DNA from: Candidatus Nomurabacteria bacterium GW2011_GWE1_32_28
GTDB taxonomy: Bacteria > Patescibacteriota > Minisyncoccia > Phycocordibacterales > UBA9973
DNA length: 64,000 nucleotides
Assembly: GCA_000989515.1 (NCBI GenBank)
Contig: LBOM01000002.1
Coordinates: 5,453 to 69,452, forward strand
Reading direction: 5' to 3'
Positions 1 to 9,197 of the stretch are shown here, one piece after another. The stretch's first letter is position 1; every line of letters starts with the position of its first letter. The notes beneath the pieces were generated by a model that was not told the DNA's origin, did no database searches, and worked only from the letters and a program-made list of their open reading frames with translations. The position numbers and the translations under genes are program-made.

Positions 1-17
1 TTTGTCTTTTATTTTTT

Positions 18-1298
18 ATGTCAGGCAAATTTATAGGTCCTGTTTTGCCAGACATGTTGGGCATATCTAATACAGAAGTTAGACCTTCTTTTGGAGCTAC
101 CATATCAGTGACTAAAGGAGCTATTATAGAAAATCCAATTTTAGGAGTAGGTCCAAATAAATTTGGAGAAGTTTGGTCAATGTATAAATCAGAAGCTATT
201 AACTCTACTCAATTTTGGAATACTTCTTTTAATTCTGGTTCTGGTCTGTTGCCAACTTTTGCTTCTACTACTGGGTCATTGGGTATCTTGGCTTGGATTG
301 CATTTTTTGTTTTATTTTTGATTGCAGGTTTGAAATCTCTGTTTTCTAGTATAAAAGATAGTATGAGTTGGGAAGTAATGATATTCTTTGTAGCATCTTT
401 CTATCTATTCGTCTCATCTTTCTTTTATTCTACAGGTAGTGTGATGTTCTTATTGGCTTTTGCGTTTACTGGTATATTTATAGGTTTATCTTCTTCGAAT
501 AATCCAGATAAAGAAATCTCTATGTCATTTTTAGATGACCCTAGAAAAAGCTTTTTCTCTATACTTATCCTTGTTGTTCTTATGATTATTTCTGCAGCAA
601 CTGGATTTAAATACATAGAACGTTTGGCTTCTGTTTCTTATTATGGAAAAACACTTTCTGCTACAACTATTCCAGATGCAGAAGATTTTATAAGTAGAGC
701 TATTTCATTACATCAAAATGATTTATATTTACGTACTTATGCACAAGTTTATCTTACAAAAATTAATTCAATAGTATCAAAAGAAGCTTCTTCTCTTTCA
801 GAAACAGACAAAGCAGATTTACAATCAAGTTTTGATCAAGCAGTAAATAGTGCAAAATTAGCAGTTTCTTATGATAAGACAAATTATCTAAATTATGATT
901 TATTAGGATCTGTCTACCACACTGTTGGTTCACTTGGAGTAAAGGATGTTTATTCAAAAGCTATTGAAGCATATCAATCAGCTTCAGTTCTTAACCCATT
1001 AAATCCTAGAATAAAACTTTCGATAGGGCAAGTATTTTCTGCAGATGGAAAAACAAAAGAAGCTAGAGATTATATCAAAGAAGCTCTTTCTCTAAAACCT
1101 GATTATATTGATGCATTGATTACTATTTCTCAGATAGAAAAAAGTGCTGGAAATAATTCTCTTGCTATCTCTTATGCAGAAACTGCGTTATCTTTAATTC
1201 CTGATAATAAAGATTTAATTCAGTATGTTAGCTCTTTAAAGAACGGAACTTCTTCAGTGGCTCCTGTCATAAAAGATGACACTACTAAAAAAAACTAA
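18..1298 (+). CDS. Membrane protein with C-terminal TPR repeats and an N-terminal region resembling the C-terminal part of an O-antigen ligase-like (Wzy_C) domain
   Basis: GVGPNKFGEVW-type motif then 3-4 hydrophobic helices then TPR-like repeats (AIEAYQSASVLNP, ARDYIKEALSLKPDY). Frame is open to the window edge, so the N-terminus may be truncated. Confidence 0.5.
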   Translation: MSGKFIGPVLPDMLGISNTEVRPSFGATISVTKGAIIENPILGVGPNKFGEVWSMYKSEAINSTQFWNTSFNSGSGLLPTFASTTGSLGILAWIAFFVLFLIAGLKSLFSSIKDSMSWEVMIFFVASFYLFVSSFFYSTGSVMFLLAFAFTGIFIGLSSSNNPDKEISMSFLDDPRKSFFSILILVVLMIISAATGFKYIERLASVSYYGKTLSATTIPDAEDFISRAISLHQNDLYLRTYAQVYLTKINSIVSKEASSLSETDKADLQSSFDQAVNSAKLAVSYDKTNYLNYDLLGSVYHTVGSLGVKDVYSKAIEAYQSASVLNPLNPRIKLSIGQVFSADGKTKEARDYIKEALSLKPDYIDALITISQIEKSAGNNSLAISYAETALSLIPDNKDLIQYVSSLKNGTSSVAPVIKDDTTKKN

Positions 1299-1313
1299 TA
1301 ATAAATAAAAAAA

Positions 1314-2993
1314 ATGCAGAGGATCCTAAAAATTTTCAGTAAGGAATATGTAAACATAAACCAAGCTGCATTACTTTTAGGATCTTTTACATTTCTTTCT
1401 CAGATTCTAGCACTTTTTCGTGATAGATTTATTGCTCATTTTATTGGGCCATCTGCTAGTCTTGATGCTTATTATGCTGCTTTTCGTGTTCCAGATTTAA
1501 TTTTTATTTCTATTGCATCTCTTGCTTCAATAACTGTACTTATACCTTTTATTGTAGGGAAAATGAAAGATGAAAAAGTCACAGAAGAAGCACGCAAATT
1601 ATTAAGTGATGTTTTTACTGTTTTTTTTATAACAATGATAGTAATTTCCGTCATTGCTTTTTTTCTTATGCCTTATATTATATCTATTGTAACACCAGGT
1701 TTTAGCTTAGATATGCAGACAAAGGTTGTTTTGTTTTCACGAATTATGTTACTTTCTCCAATCTTAATGGGTCTTTCAAATCTTTTTGGTACAATAACTC
1801 AACTTTTTCGCAAATTCTTTATTTATTCTCTTAGTCCTATTTTTTATAATATAGGTATTATATTGGGTATTGTTTTTTTATATCCTATTTTTGGAATATA
1901 TGGTTTAGTCTTTGGTGTTGTTATTGGTGCATTTATGCATTTTTTAATTCAAGTTTTTGCTTCTTTCGGTTGTGGTTTTAAACCTAAATTTTCTTTTGAT
2001 ATTGATTTTAAGGAAATAAAAAAGATAGCGCTTACTTCTTTACCAAGAACCTTAGGACTTTCATTTAATAATATTGCGCTCATTTCCATAATTGCTTTTG
2101 CGTCTTATTTATCAAGTGGTTCTATTTCTATTTTTAATTTATCATTTAATCTTCAATCTGTCCCGCTTAATATTATTGGAATATCTTACGCTGTAGCTGC
2201 ATTTCCAACTTTAGTAAAATCTTTTGATCGTGGTATAAAAAGTGAATTTAGGGAACATTTAAAGTCTACTGCGCGACAGATTGTATTTTGGTCTCTTCCA
2301 GTAATATTTCTTTTTATAGTGCTTCGTGCTCAGATAGTACGTGTGATACTTGGTTCTGGTTATTTCTCTTGGGATAATACACGTCTTGTAGCTGCTTCAT
2401 TAGCAATTTTTTCTGTATCAGTTTTGTCTCAAGGTATGGTGGCTCTTTTGTCTCGTGTTTATTATGCTACAGGTGAGACAAAACGTCCTTTGTACGTAAA
2501 TTTATTTTCTTCTATCCTGATTATTGTTTTAGCCTATCTTTTTATTAAAATTTTCGAGAATATACCACTTTTCCATTATTTTATAGAATCTATTTTGAAA
2601 GTTGAAAATATTCCTGGTACTGAAGTTTTAATGCTTCCACTTGCATATTCTAGTGGTACTATTATTAATAGTATTTTGCATTGGTATTTTATTAGGAGAG
2701 ATTTTATGAATCATGAATCTTTTATTACTAAAACTTTTTTTCAAAGCCTAGGAGCTTCTTTTTTAATTGGTGTTATAACTTATTTAAGTTTAAATATTTT
2801 TTCTCCAATATTTGGAATGGATACTTTCTTGGGAGTATTTTTACAAGGATTTATATCAGGAATTTTAGGTATTTGTTCTGGTATTATAATATTGTATATT
2901 TTAAGAAATGAAGAATTTTTAAGTCTAATACAAACTCTTAAAACTAAGTTTTGGCGTTCTGATATATTAGTTTCTCCACAAGAGGAGCTTTAA
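1314..2993 (+). CDS. murJ: Lipid II flippase MurJ (MviN family)
   Basis: FRDRFIAHFIGPSASLDAYYAAFRVPD N-terminal signature and about 14 TM helices. Confidence 0.85.
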   Translation: MQRILKIFSKEYVNINQAALLLGSFTFLSQILALFRDRFIAHFIGPSASLDAYYAAFRVPDLIFISIASLASITVLIPFIVGKMKDEKVTEEARKLLSDVFTVFFITMIVISVIAFFLMPYIISIVTPGFSLDMQTKVVLFSRIMLLSPILMGLSNLFGTITQLFRKFFIYSLSPIFYNIGIILGIVFLYPIFGIYGLVFGVVIGAFMHFLIQVFASFGCGFKPKFSFDIDFKEIKKIALTSLPRTLGLSFNNIALISIIAFASYLSSGSISIFNLSFNLQSVPLNIIGISYAVAAFPTLVKSFDRGIKSEFREHLKSTARQIVFWSLPVIFLFIVLRAQIVRVILGSGYFSWDNTRLVAASLAIFSVSVLSQGMVALLSRVYYATGETKRPLYVNLFSSILIIVLAYLFIKIFENIPLFHYFIESILKVENIPGTEVLMLPLAYSSGTIINSILHWYFIRRDFMNHESFITKTFFQSLGASFLIGVITYLSLNIFSPIFGMDTFLGVFLQGFISGILGICSGIIILYILRNEEFLSLIQTLKTKFWRSDILVSPQEEL

Positions 2994-3032
2994 TTTTTTG
3001 GAATTGAAGTCTTTTTCTGTTAATATGAATTT

Positions 3033-4895
3033 ATGAATTTAAAATATATTAGGAATTTTAGCATAATAGCTCATATCGACCATGGTAAAAGTACTTTGGC
3101 TGATCGAATGCTTGAAACAACCCATACTATACCACAGCGTAAAATGCGTGATCAGGTTCTTGACTCTATGGAGCTTGAACGTGAACGTGGTATTACCATA
3201 AAAATGCAACCAGTAAGGATGGAGTATGTAATTACGGATGATAAATTAGGGATTATAAATGGAGGAAAAAAAGAAGAAACTAAATATATATTAAACCTGA
3301 TTGACACCCCTGGGCATATAGATTTCTCTTATGAAGTTTCGAGAGCATTGAAGGCAGTGGAAGGCTCTATTTTATTAGTAGATTCAACACAAGGTGTTCA
3401 GGCACAGACATTAACAACACTTAATATGGCACGAGAAGGAGGTATAAAAATAATTCCTGTGTTATCTAAGATAGATTCACCACTTGCGCGTGTAGATGAA
3501 GTAACAAAAGAAGTTGTAGAACTTTTAAATTGTGATCCGAATGAAATACTTTTTGTTTCTGGGCGTACTGGTGAAGGAGTAGAAAATCTTTTACAAGAAA
3601 TCATAAAACGTGTTCCACCACCAGTAGAAAATTATTTAGGAGAAAATGTCTTACGTGCACTTGTTTTTGATTTTAAATATTCTTCTCATAGGGGGGTTAT
3701 AGTTTTTATTAGATTACTTGATGGAAAGGTAAAAAAGGGAGAGAGTTTGATATTTTCAGTATCAGGTGAGAAGTTTATTTCTCTTGAAGTTGGTACTTTT
3801 TCTCCTGAAGAAACTCCACGAGAATATTTGGAGGCTGGAGATACTGGATATATTGTTACAGGGATAAAGAGACCTGGTATAGCTTCTGTTGGTGATACGA
3901 TAACTAAAGAAAAAAATCCATTACCAGCATTATCTGGATATATGCAACCATTACCTGTTGTTTGGGCTTCTGTTTTTCCAGAAGATGCCGATGATTTTTT
4001 AGAACTTAAAATGTCTTTAGGAAAGTTAAGGCTTTCTGATTCATCTTTTTCTTACGAAGAAGAATCTTCTGGATCATTGGGACGAGGTTTTAGGTGTGGT
4101 TTCCTTGGCATGTTGCATTTAGAGATAATTACAGAAAGATTAAAACGAGAATTTAATTTAATGTTGGTCATAACCACACCTTCTATTACGTATGAAGTTT
4201 TATTAAAAAATCCTTCATCTAATTTAGGGCAAGTTGGTAAAAAGGTAAAGATTTACTCGCCATATTTTTTCCCAGATGATGGAAATATAGATACAGTATT
4301 TGAACCCTGGGTAGATTTAAAAATAATTTCACCAATAAAATTTATAGGTAATATAATGCAACTCCTGTTTGACCATGAAGCAGAAATAGGTGAGACAGAT
4401 AATTTCGGAAACAATCGTTCTTCTATATCTGTCAAAATGCCACTTCGTGAACTTATGCGTAATTTCTTTGATGAGCTAAAGAGTGTCTCTTCTGGTTATG
4501 GATCTATCTCTTATGAGATAGATGATATGAGAAAAGCTAATGTTACGAGACTAGATATACTGGTTGCCGATGAGATAGTGCCAGCTTTTTCTAGAGTTGT
4601 TTCCAAAAGAAGAGCAGAAGAAGAAGCTGAAAATGTAGTTGAAAAATTACATAGTATATTGCCAAGACAGATGTTTACTACCAAGATCCAAGGTAAAGCA
4701 TTAGGACGAATAATATCATCTCGTACAATACAAGCATTTAGTAAAGATGTGACTCAACACATGTATGGGGGAGATGTTACTCGTAAAAATAAACTTAGAG
4801 ATAAGCAAAAGAAAGGTAAAAAGAAAATGAAAGAACGTGGAAGAGTAAACATTCCACAAGATGTATTTTTGAAAATGATGCGTTCTGGTGAGTAG
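3033..4895 (+). CDS. lepA: Elongation factor 4 (LepA)
   Basis: AHIDHGKSTLADR G1 motif, DTPGHIDFSYEVSRAL, and the LepA-specific C-terminal domain (GKALGRIISSRTIQAFSKDVT...GGDVTRK). Confidence 0.9.
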   Translation: MNLKYIRNFSIIAHIDHGKSTLADRMLETTHTIPQRKMRDQVLDSMELERERGITIKMQPVRMEYVITDDKLGIINGGKKEETKYILNLIDTPGHIDFSYEVSRALKAVEGSILLVDSTQGVQAQTLTTLNMAREGGIKIIPVLSKIDSPLARVDEVTKEVVELLNCDPNEILFVSGRTGEGVENLLQEIIKRVPPPVENYLGENVLRALVFDFKYSSHRGVIVFIRLLDGKVKKGESLIFSVSGEKFISLEVGTFSPEETPREYLEAGDTGYIVTGIKRPGIASVGDTITKEKNPLPALSGYMQPLPVVWASVFPEDADDFLELKMSLGKLRLSDSSFSYEEESSGSLGRGFRCGFLGMLHLEIITERLKREFNLMLVITTPSITYEVLLKNPSSNLGQVGKKVKIYSPYFFPDDGNIDTVFEPWVDLKIISPIKFIGNIMQLLFDHEAEIGETDNFGNNRSSISVKMPLRELMRNFFDELKSVSSGYGSISYEIDDMRKANVTRLDILVADEIVPAFSRVVSKRRAEEEAENVVEKLHSILPRQMFTTKIQGKALGRIISSRTIQAFSKDVTQHMYGGDVTRKNKLRDKQKKGKKKMKERGRVNIPQDVFLKMMRSGE

Positions 4896-5149
4896 CAAAA
4901 TTGTAGATTTTTATTTAGAAAGCCTTGGTAGGAGCGGCGGCGACGGACAGAGAAAATTTTTAGTAAAAAATTTTTGTGTTTTATAAATGATAATCTATAA
5001 TTTTGTCTAGATATTTACTTTAGTACTAAAATATAGGGGAATAAAGTAAAATCATACTTATTATTATCAATACAACAAGTACTGACCAAATTGCCTGAAT
5101 TTTTTTTTGGTGTTTTTTATTGAAAAACATACTATAATAATATCATATT

Positions 5150-5527
5150 ATGAGAAATTTTCAAAAAAGAGGGAAGTTGAAAAATATTATGCAGTCAACC
5201 CCTTTTTTGATATTTCTAGGTTTTTTTATTGTTATTTTCTTTTTCAGTATTTTTAATTTTATGAATAAAATGGAAGAAACAAGAAAAAATAGAGAAACAG
5301 TTGAACAAAAAATAAAAGAATTAGAAGAATCAAAAGAAAAACTTGATTTAAAAATTTTAAAATTAAACACAGAGAGGGGTGTAGAGGAAAACATAAGAGA
5401 GAAATTTGGATTAGCAAAAGAAGGAGAGAATATGATTTTGGTTGTAGAAGAGATAGAGCCTGAGATAGTAGAAAAAAAGATTGAGTCTAGCGGTTTTTGG
5501 AGTTTTTTGAGAAATTTGTTCAAGTAA
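5150..5527 (+). CDS. Septum formation initiator family protein (FtsB/DivIC-like)
   Basis: N-terminal TM helix, coiled coil, conserved C-terminal IREKFGLAKEGENMILV motif. The true start may be the internal Met at about 5189. Confidence 0.6.
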   Translation: MRNFQKRGKLKNIMQSTPFLIFLGFFIVIFFFSIFNFMNKMEETRKNRETVEQKIKELEESKEKLDLKILKLNTERGVEENIREKFGLAKEGENMILVVEEIEPEIVEKKIESSGFWSFLRNLFK

Positions 5528-5549
5528 CTCTTTATGATACAATATAGAT

Positions 5550-6518
5550 ATGAAAATAGCATTTTTTGAAGTTTCTAAAACAAGACAAGATTTTTTAAGA
5601 GAGTTTTTTAATGGGGAAGATGTTTCTTTTTTTGAAGAGAAATTAAATGAGAGCAATGTTGATCTTGTAAAAGATGTTGATGTTGTTTCAGTTTTTGTAG
5701 ATTCAGATTTAAATAAAAATGTTATTGAAAAAATTCCTAATTTGAAATTTATAGCTACACAATCCACAGGTTTTAATCATATTGATTGTGAATATGCTTT
5801 TTCTAAGGGTATTAAAGTTTCTAATGTTCCTGCTTATGGTTCTCATACGGTAGCCGAATTTGCTTTTGGATTGATCTTAAATCTTTCTAGAAATATTTAT
5901 AGTGCAAATGCTTATCTTAGAGAAACGCTTGATTATAATTATTTTCCATGGATGGAAGGTTTTAATCTTGAGGGTAAAACTATCGGAGTTATTGGCACTG
6001 GTAAGATTGGTAAAAATGTTGTCAAAATAGCTAAAGGTTTTGAGATGAATGTCTTAGCTTATGATTTATATCCAGACATTGATTTTGCTAAAGAAAATAA
6101 TTTTGAATATAAGGATTTTGATGAAGTACTTTCTAAGTCTGACATTATTACACTACATGCACCATATACAGAAGAGAATCATCATCTTATAAAAAAAGAA
6201 AATATTTTAAAAATGAAAAAAGGTGTTTATTTAATAAATACTGCAAGAGGAGAACTTGTCGAGACAGAAGCACTTGTTTGGGGACTTGAAGAAAAGATTA
6301 TTGCTGGTGCTGGACTCGATGTCTTAGAGGGTGTAAAACAATTAAAAGATGATAAAAATATGACTATTTTAAATCATAAGCTCATGAAAATGCCAAATGT
6401 AATAGTCTCTCCCCATATGGCCTTTTTTACACGTGAAGCTGTTCTTTCTATAATGCAGACGACAGTTGATAATATAAAAGGTTTCTTGTCTGATAATTTA
6501 CAGAATTTAGTTAAATAA
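5550..6518 (+). CDS. D-isomer-specific 2-hydroxyacid dehydrogenase (D-lactate dehydrogenase-like)
   Basis: NAD-binding GVIGTGKIGKNVVKIAKGF Rossmann motif and a catalytic R/E/H arrangement (NTARGELV, HMAFFT). Confidence 0.8.
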   Translation: MKIAFFEVSKTRQDFLREFFNGEDVSFFEEKLNESNVDLVKDVDVVSVFVDSDLNKNVIEKIPNLKFIATQSTGFNHIDCEYAFSKGIKVSNVPAYGSHTVAEFAFGLILNLSRNIYSANAYLRETLDYNYFPWMEGFNLEGKTIGVIGTGKIGKNVVKIAKGFEMNVLAYDLYPDIDFAKENNFEYKDFDEVLSKSDIITLHAPYTEENHHLIKKENILKMKKGVYLINTARGELVETEALVWGLEEKIIAGAGLDVLEGVKQLKDDKNMTILNHKLMKMPNVIVSPHMAFFTREAVLSIMQTTVDNIKGFLSDNLQNLVK

Positions 6519-6519
6519 T

Positions 6520-7794
6520 ATGGAAAAACGTTGTATTAAAAATTTTGATGAATTAGCAATAACTCCAAATCGTAAAATAGTATTAGAGATAATGGAAGCT
6601 GGATATGCTGCTGTTAGCACAGAAAAGGTTATAGACTCTTCTATTTTTATTGTTGGTAATGTTTTAACTATAAAAGGAAAAGAATTTAATTTATCTAAAT
6701 TCAAAAATATTAAAATTGTTGGTTTTGGTAAGTCTTCATGTGAGGCTGCACTCTCATTAGAAAAAATTTTAGGAGATAGAATTAATGAGGGAGTCGTAAT
6801 CGGACTTGAAAAAGTCGTATCTGAAAACATAGAGACTTTTGCTGGAACTCATCCAAGACCATCTGAAATGAACATAGAGGCTGGAAAGAAAATATATGAA
6901 CTTGTCGAACAAGCAAATGAAGATGATCTTATAATAGTACTTGTTTCTGGTGGTGGCTCTGCTCTTCTTTGTTATCCTGAAAATGAATATATACAAGGTG
7001 CAAAACTTTATGATTCATTTTTAGAGTCCGGTAAAACTATAAGTCAGATAAATACAGTTAGGAAACATATTTCTCTTTTAAAAGGTGGTGGTTTGGCTAA
7101 AGTGGCTTATCCAGCGACAGTTGTTGGGCTTATTTTTTCTGATGTTCCTGGTGATGCATTTGGAGACGTCGCTTCTGGTCCGACTTATAAAGATATGACT
7201 AGTATCAATGACGCTAAGCAAATAATTTTTAATAATAATCTAGGTGATTTTGATTTAGTTGAAACCACAAAAGAAGATAAATATTTTGAAAAAGTCTACA
7301 ATTTTGTTCTTGTTTCAAATAAAATTGCAGTAGAGGCTATGGCAAGAAAAGCACAAGAATTTGATTTGAAAATAAATATTGCTTCGACTGATTTGTATGA
7401 TGTAATAGATAGAGCTCTTGAAAAAATATTTATTTTAGAAAAAGATAATTCTATCGTTTTGGCTGCTGGCGAACCAAGCATACAAGTTAAAAATAAAGGA
7501 GGAAAAGGTGGCAGAAATCTCCACATGGGACTTTCTGTAATTAAGAAAAAACTCATAGATGAAAATTCTGTTTTTGTTTCGTTTGCATCTGACGGTATGG
7601 ATAATAGTAATGTAGCAGGAGCTATTATAGATAAGAATACAATAGAAAAAATAGAGAGATTAGGTTTAAATATTGATGATTATTTAGAAAGATTTGACTC
7701 TTATCCAGTATTCGAGAAATCTGGAGATGCTATAATGACAGGGCCTACTGGTGCAAATGTTTCAGACTTAATGATTCTTTTAACAAAGAAATAA
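6520..7794 (+). CDS. Glycerate 2-kinase (MOFRL family)
   Basis: VSGGGSALLCYPE motif and C-terminal MOFRL-like domain (MTGPTGANVSDLMILL). Confidence 0.7.
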   Translation: MEKRCIKNFDELAITPNRKIVLEIMEAGYAAVSTEKVIDSSIFIVGNVLTIKGKEFNLSKFKNIKIVGFGKSSCEAALSLEKILGDRINEGVVIGLEKVVSENIETFAGTHPRPSEMNIEAGKKIYELVEQANEDDLIIVLVSGGGSALLCYPENEYIQGAKLYDSFLESGKTISQINTVRKHISLLKGGGLAKVAYPATVVGLIFSDVPGDAFGDVASGPTYKDMTSINDAKQIIFNNNLGDFDLVETTKEDKYFEKVYNFVLVSNKIAVEAMARKAQEFDLKINIASTDLYDVIDRALEKIFILEKDNSIVLAAGEPSIQVKNKGGKGGRNLHMGLSVIKKKLIDENSVFVSFASDGMDNSNVAGAIIDKNTIEKIERLGLNIDDYLERFDSYPVFEKSGDAIMTGPTGANVSDLMILLTKK

Positions 7795-7853
7795 AAATAA
7801 TAGAAAATTCCTTAAGTTAACATATATGTTAGGTTAAGGAAGTTTAAAAAATT

Positions 7854-9074
7854 ATGGAAAATAAAATTACAAAAATTACAGCAGAAGAAATAAAAGATTC
7901 ACGAGGAAATCCAACATTTAAAGTCACTATCTTTTGTGGAGACAAATTTGATAGTTTTTCTGTGCCATCTGGTGCATCTACTGGGGTACATGAGGCGCAT
8001 GAATTAAGAGATCATGGTGGAAAAGGTATAACAAGTGCAATAGAAAAAATAAATAATATAATTTCTCCAGCATTAATCGGACAGGATGTTTTTAATCAAG
8101 AAGAAATTGATCGAATTATGATTAAATTAGATGGAACTTCTAATAAAGATAATCTAGGAGGTAATTCTATGATTGGTGTAAGTATCGCTTGTGCTAAAGT
8201 AGCTGCAAAAGTTTCTGGAATAGAGATATTTGAACATTTGCGTGCTTTGCGTGAAATAAAGCCATCTAAGAGAATTTCACATCTTTATATGAATTTGATA
8301 AATGGAGGAAAGCATGCTGAAAATAATTTAGCTTTTCAAGAATATCATGTTGTTTCAAATACTGATAATGCAACAGAGGCTCTTCAAAATGGAATTAAAA
8401 TACAGAATAGTTTAAAAGAAATTATTGAAAAAGAATTAGGAAAAGAATCTCTTGTGTTGGGTGACGAAGGTGGTTTTGCTCCCAAAATAAGTGATATTAA
8501 AAAACCACTTGAATATTTAACTAAAGCAATAAAAGAAAATAAACTAGAGTCCAAAGTTGGTCTTGCGCTCGATGTAGCTGCTTCTTCTTTTTATAAGAAT
8601 GGTTTGTACAATATTGGTAAAAAAAATATTTCAAAAGAAGAGTTAATGAATATATATGACTCTTTAATAGTTGAGTTTCCTATATTTTCTATTGAAGATC
8701 CATTTGAGGAAGAAGATTTTGAGAGTTTTAGAAAATTGAAAGAAAATAATAAAGATCTTTTTGTTGTTGGTGACGACCTAACTGTGACGAATAAAATTTT
8801 ATTAAAAAAAGCTTTAGAAAAAAATAGCATAAATGCAATGATTATAAAACCAAATCAAATAGGTACTTTAACGGAAACATTGGATACTATGCAACTAGCT
8901 AGGGAAAATGGGATAGAGCTTATCGTTAGTCATAGAAGTGGGGAAACTAATGATGATTTCATTGCTGATCTTGCGTTCGCATTTGGTTGTTTTGGTTTAA
9001 AATCTGGAGCCCCATTAAAACTTGAAAGAAAAGTTAAATATGATAGATTGATAAGAATTTCAGAAAGTTTTTAA
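7854..9074 (+). CDS. eno: Enolase
   Basis: SHRSGETNDDFIADLAFA enolase signature, IKPNQIGTLTET, full-length about 400 aa. Confidence 0.95.
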   Translation: MENKITKITAEEIKDSRGNPTFKVTIFCGDKFDSFSVPSGASTGVHEAHELRDHGGKGITSAIEKINNIISPALIGQDVFNQEEIDRIMIKLDGTSNKDNLGGNSMIGVSIACAKVAAKVSGIEIFEHLRALREIKPSKRISHLYMNLINGGKHAENNLAFQEYHVVSNTDNATEALQNGIKIQNSLKEIIEKELGKESLVLGDEGGFAPKISDIKKPLEYLTKAIKENKLESKVGLALDVAASSFYKNGLYNIGKKNISKEELMNIYDSLIVEFPIFSIEDPFEEEDFESFRKLKENNKDLFVVGDDLTVTNKILLKKALEKNSINAMIIKPNQIGTLTETLDTMQLARENGIELIVSHRSGETNDDFIADLAFAFGCFGLKSGAPLKLERKVKYDRLIRISESF

Positions 9075-9197
9075 AAGTTAAATTTAGAATAGTTGAGAGT
9101 ATTTATTTTTCATATAATTTGAATTATATTTGTATGCTATAATATCTTTCTATATGTTGAAAAGTATTAATTATTATTAATGTAAAAATAAAATCAT

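Noticed and set aside
9119-9143. Canonical -35/-10 promoter for ppsA
   Set aside because: TTGAAT at 9119 is only 13 nt from TATAAT. Only an extended -10 (TGCTATAAT, 9135-9143) is defensible, so it was not listed as a feature.
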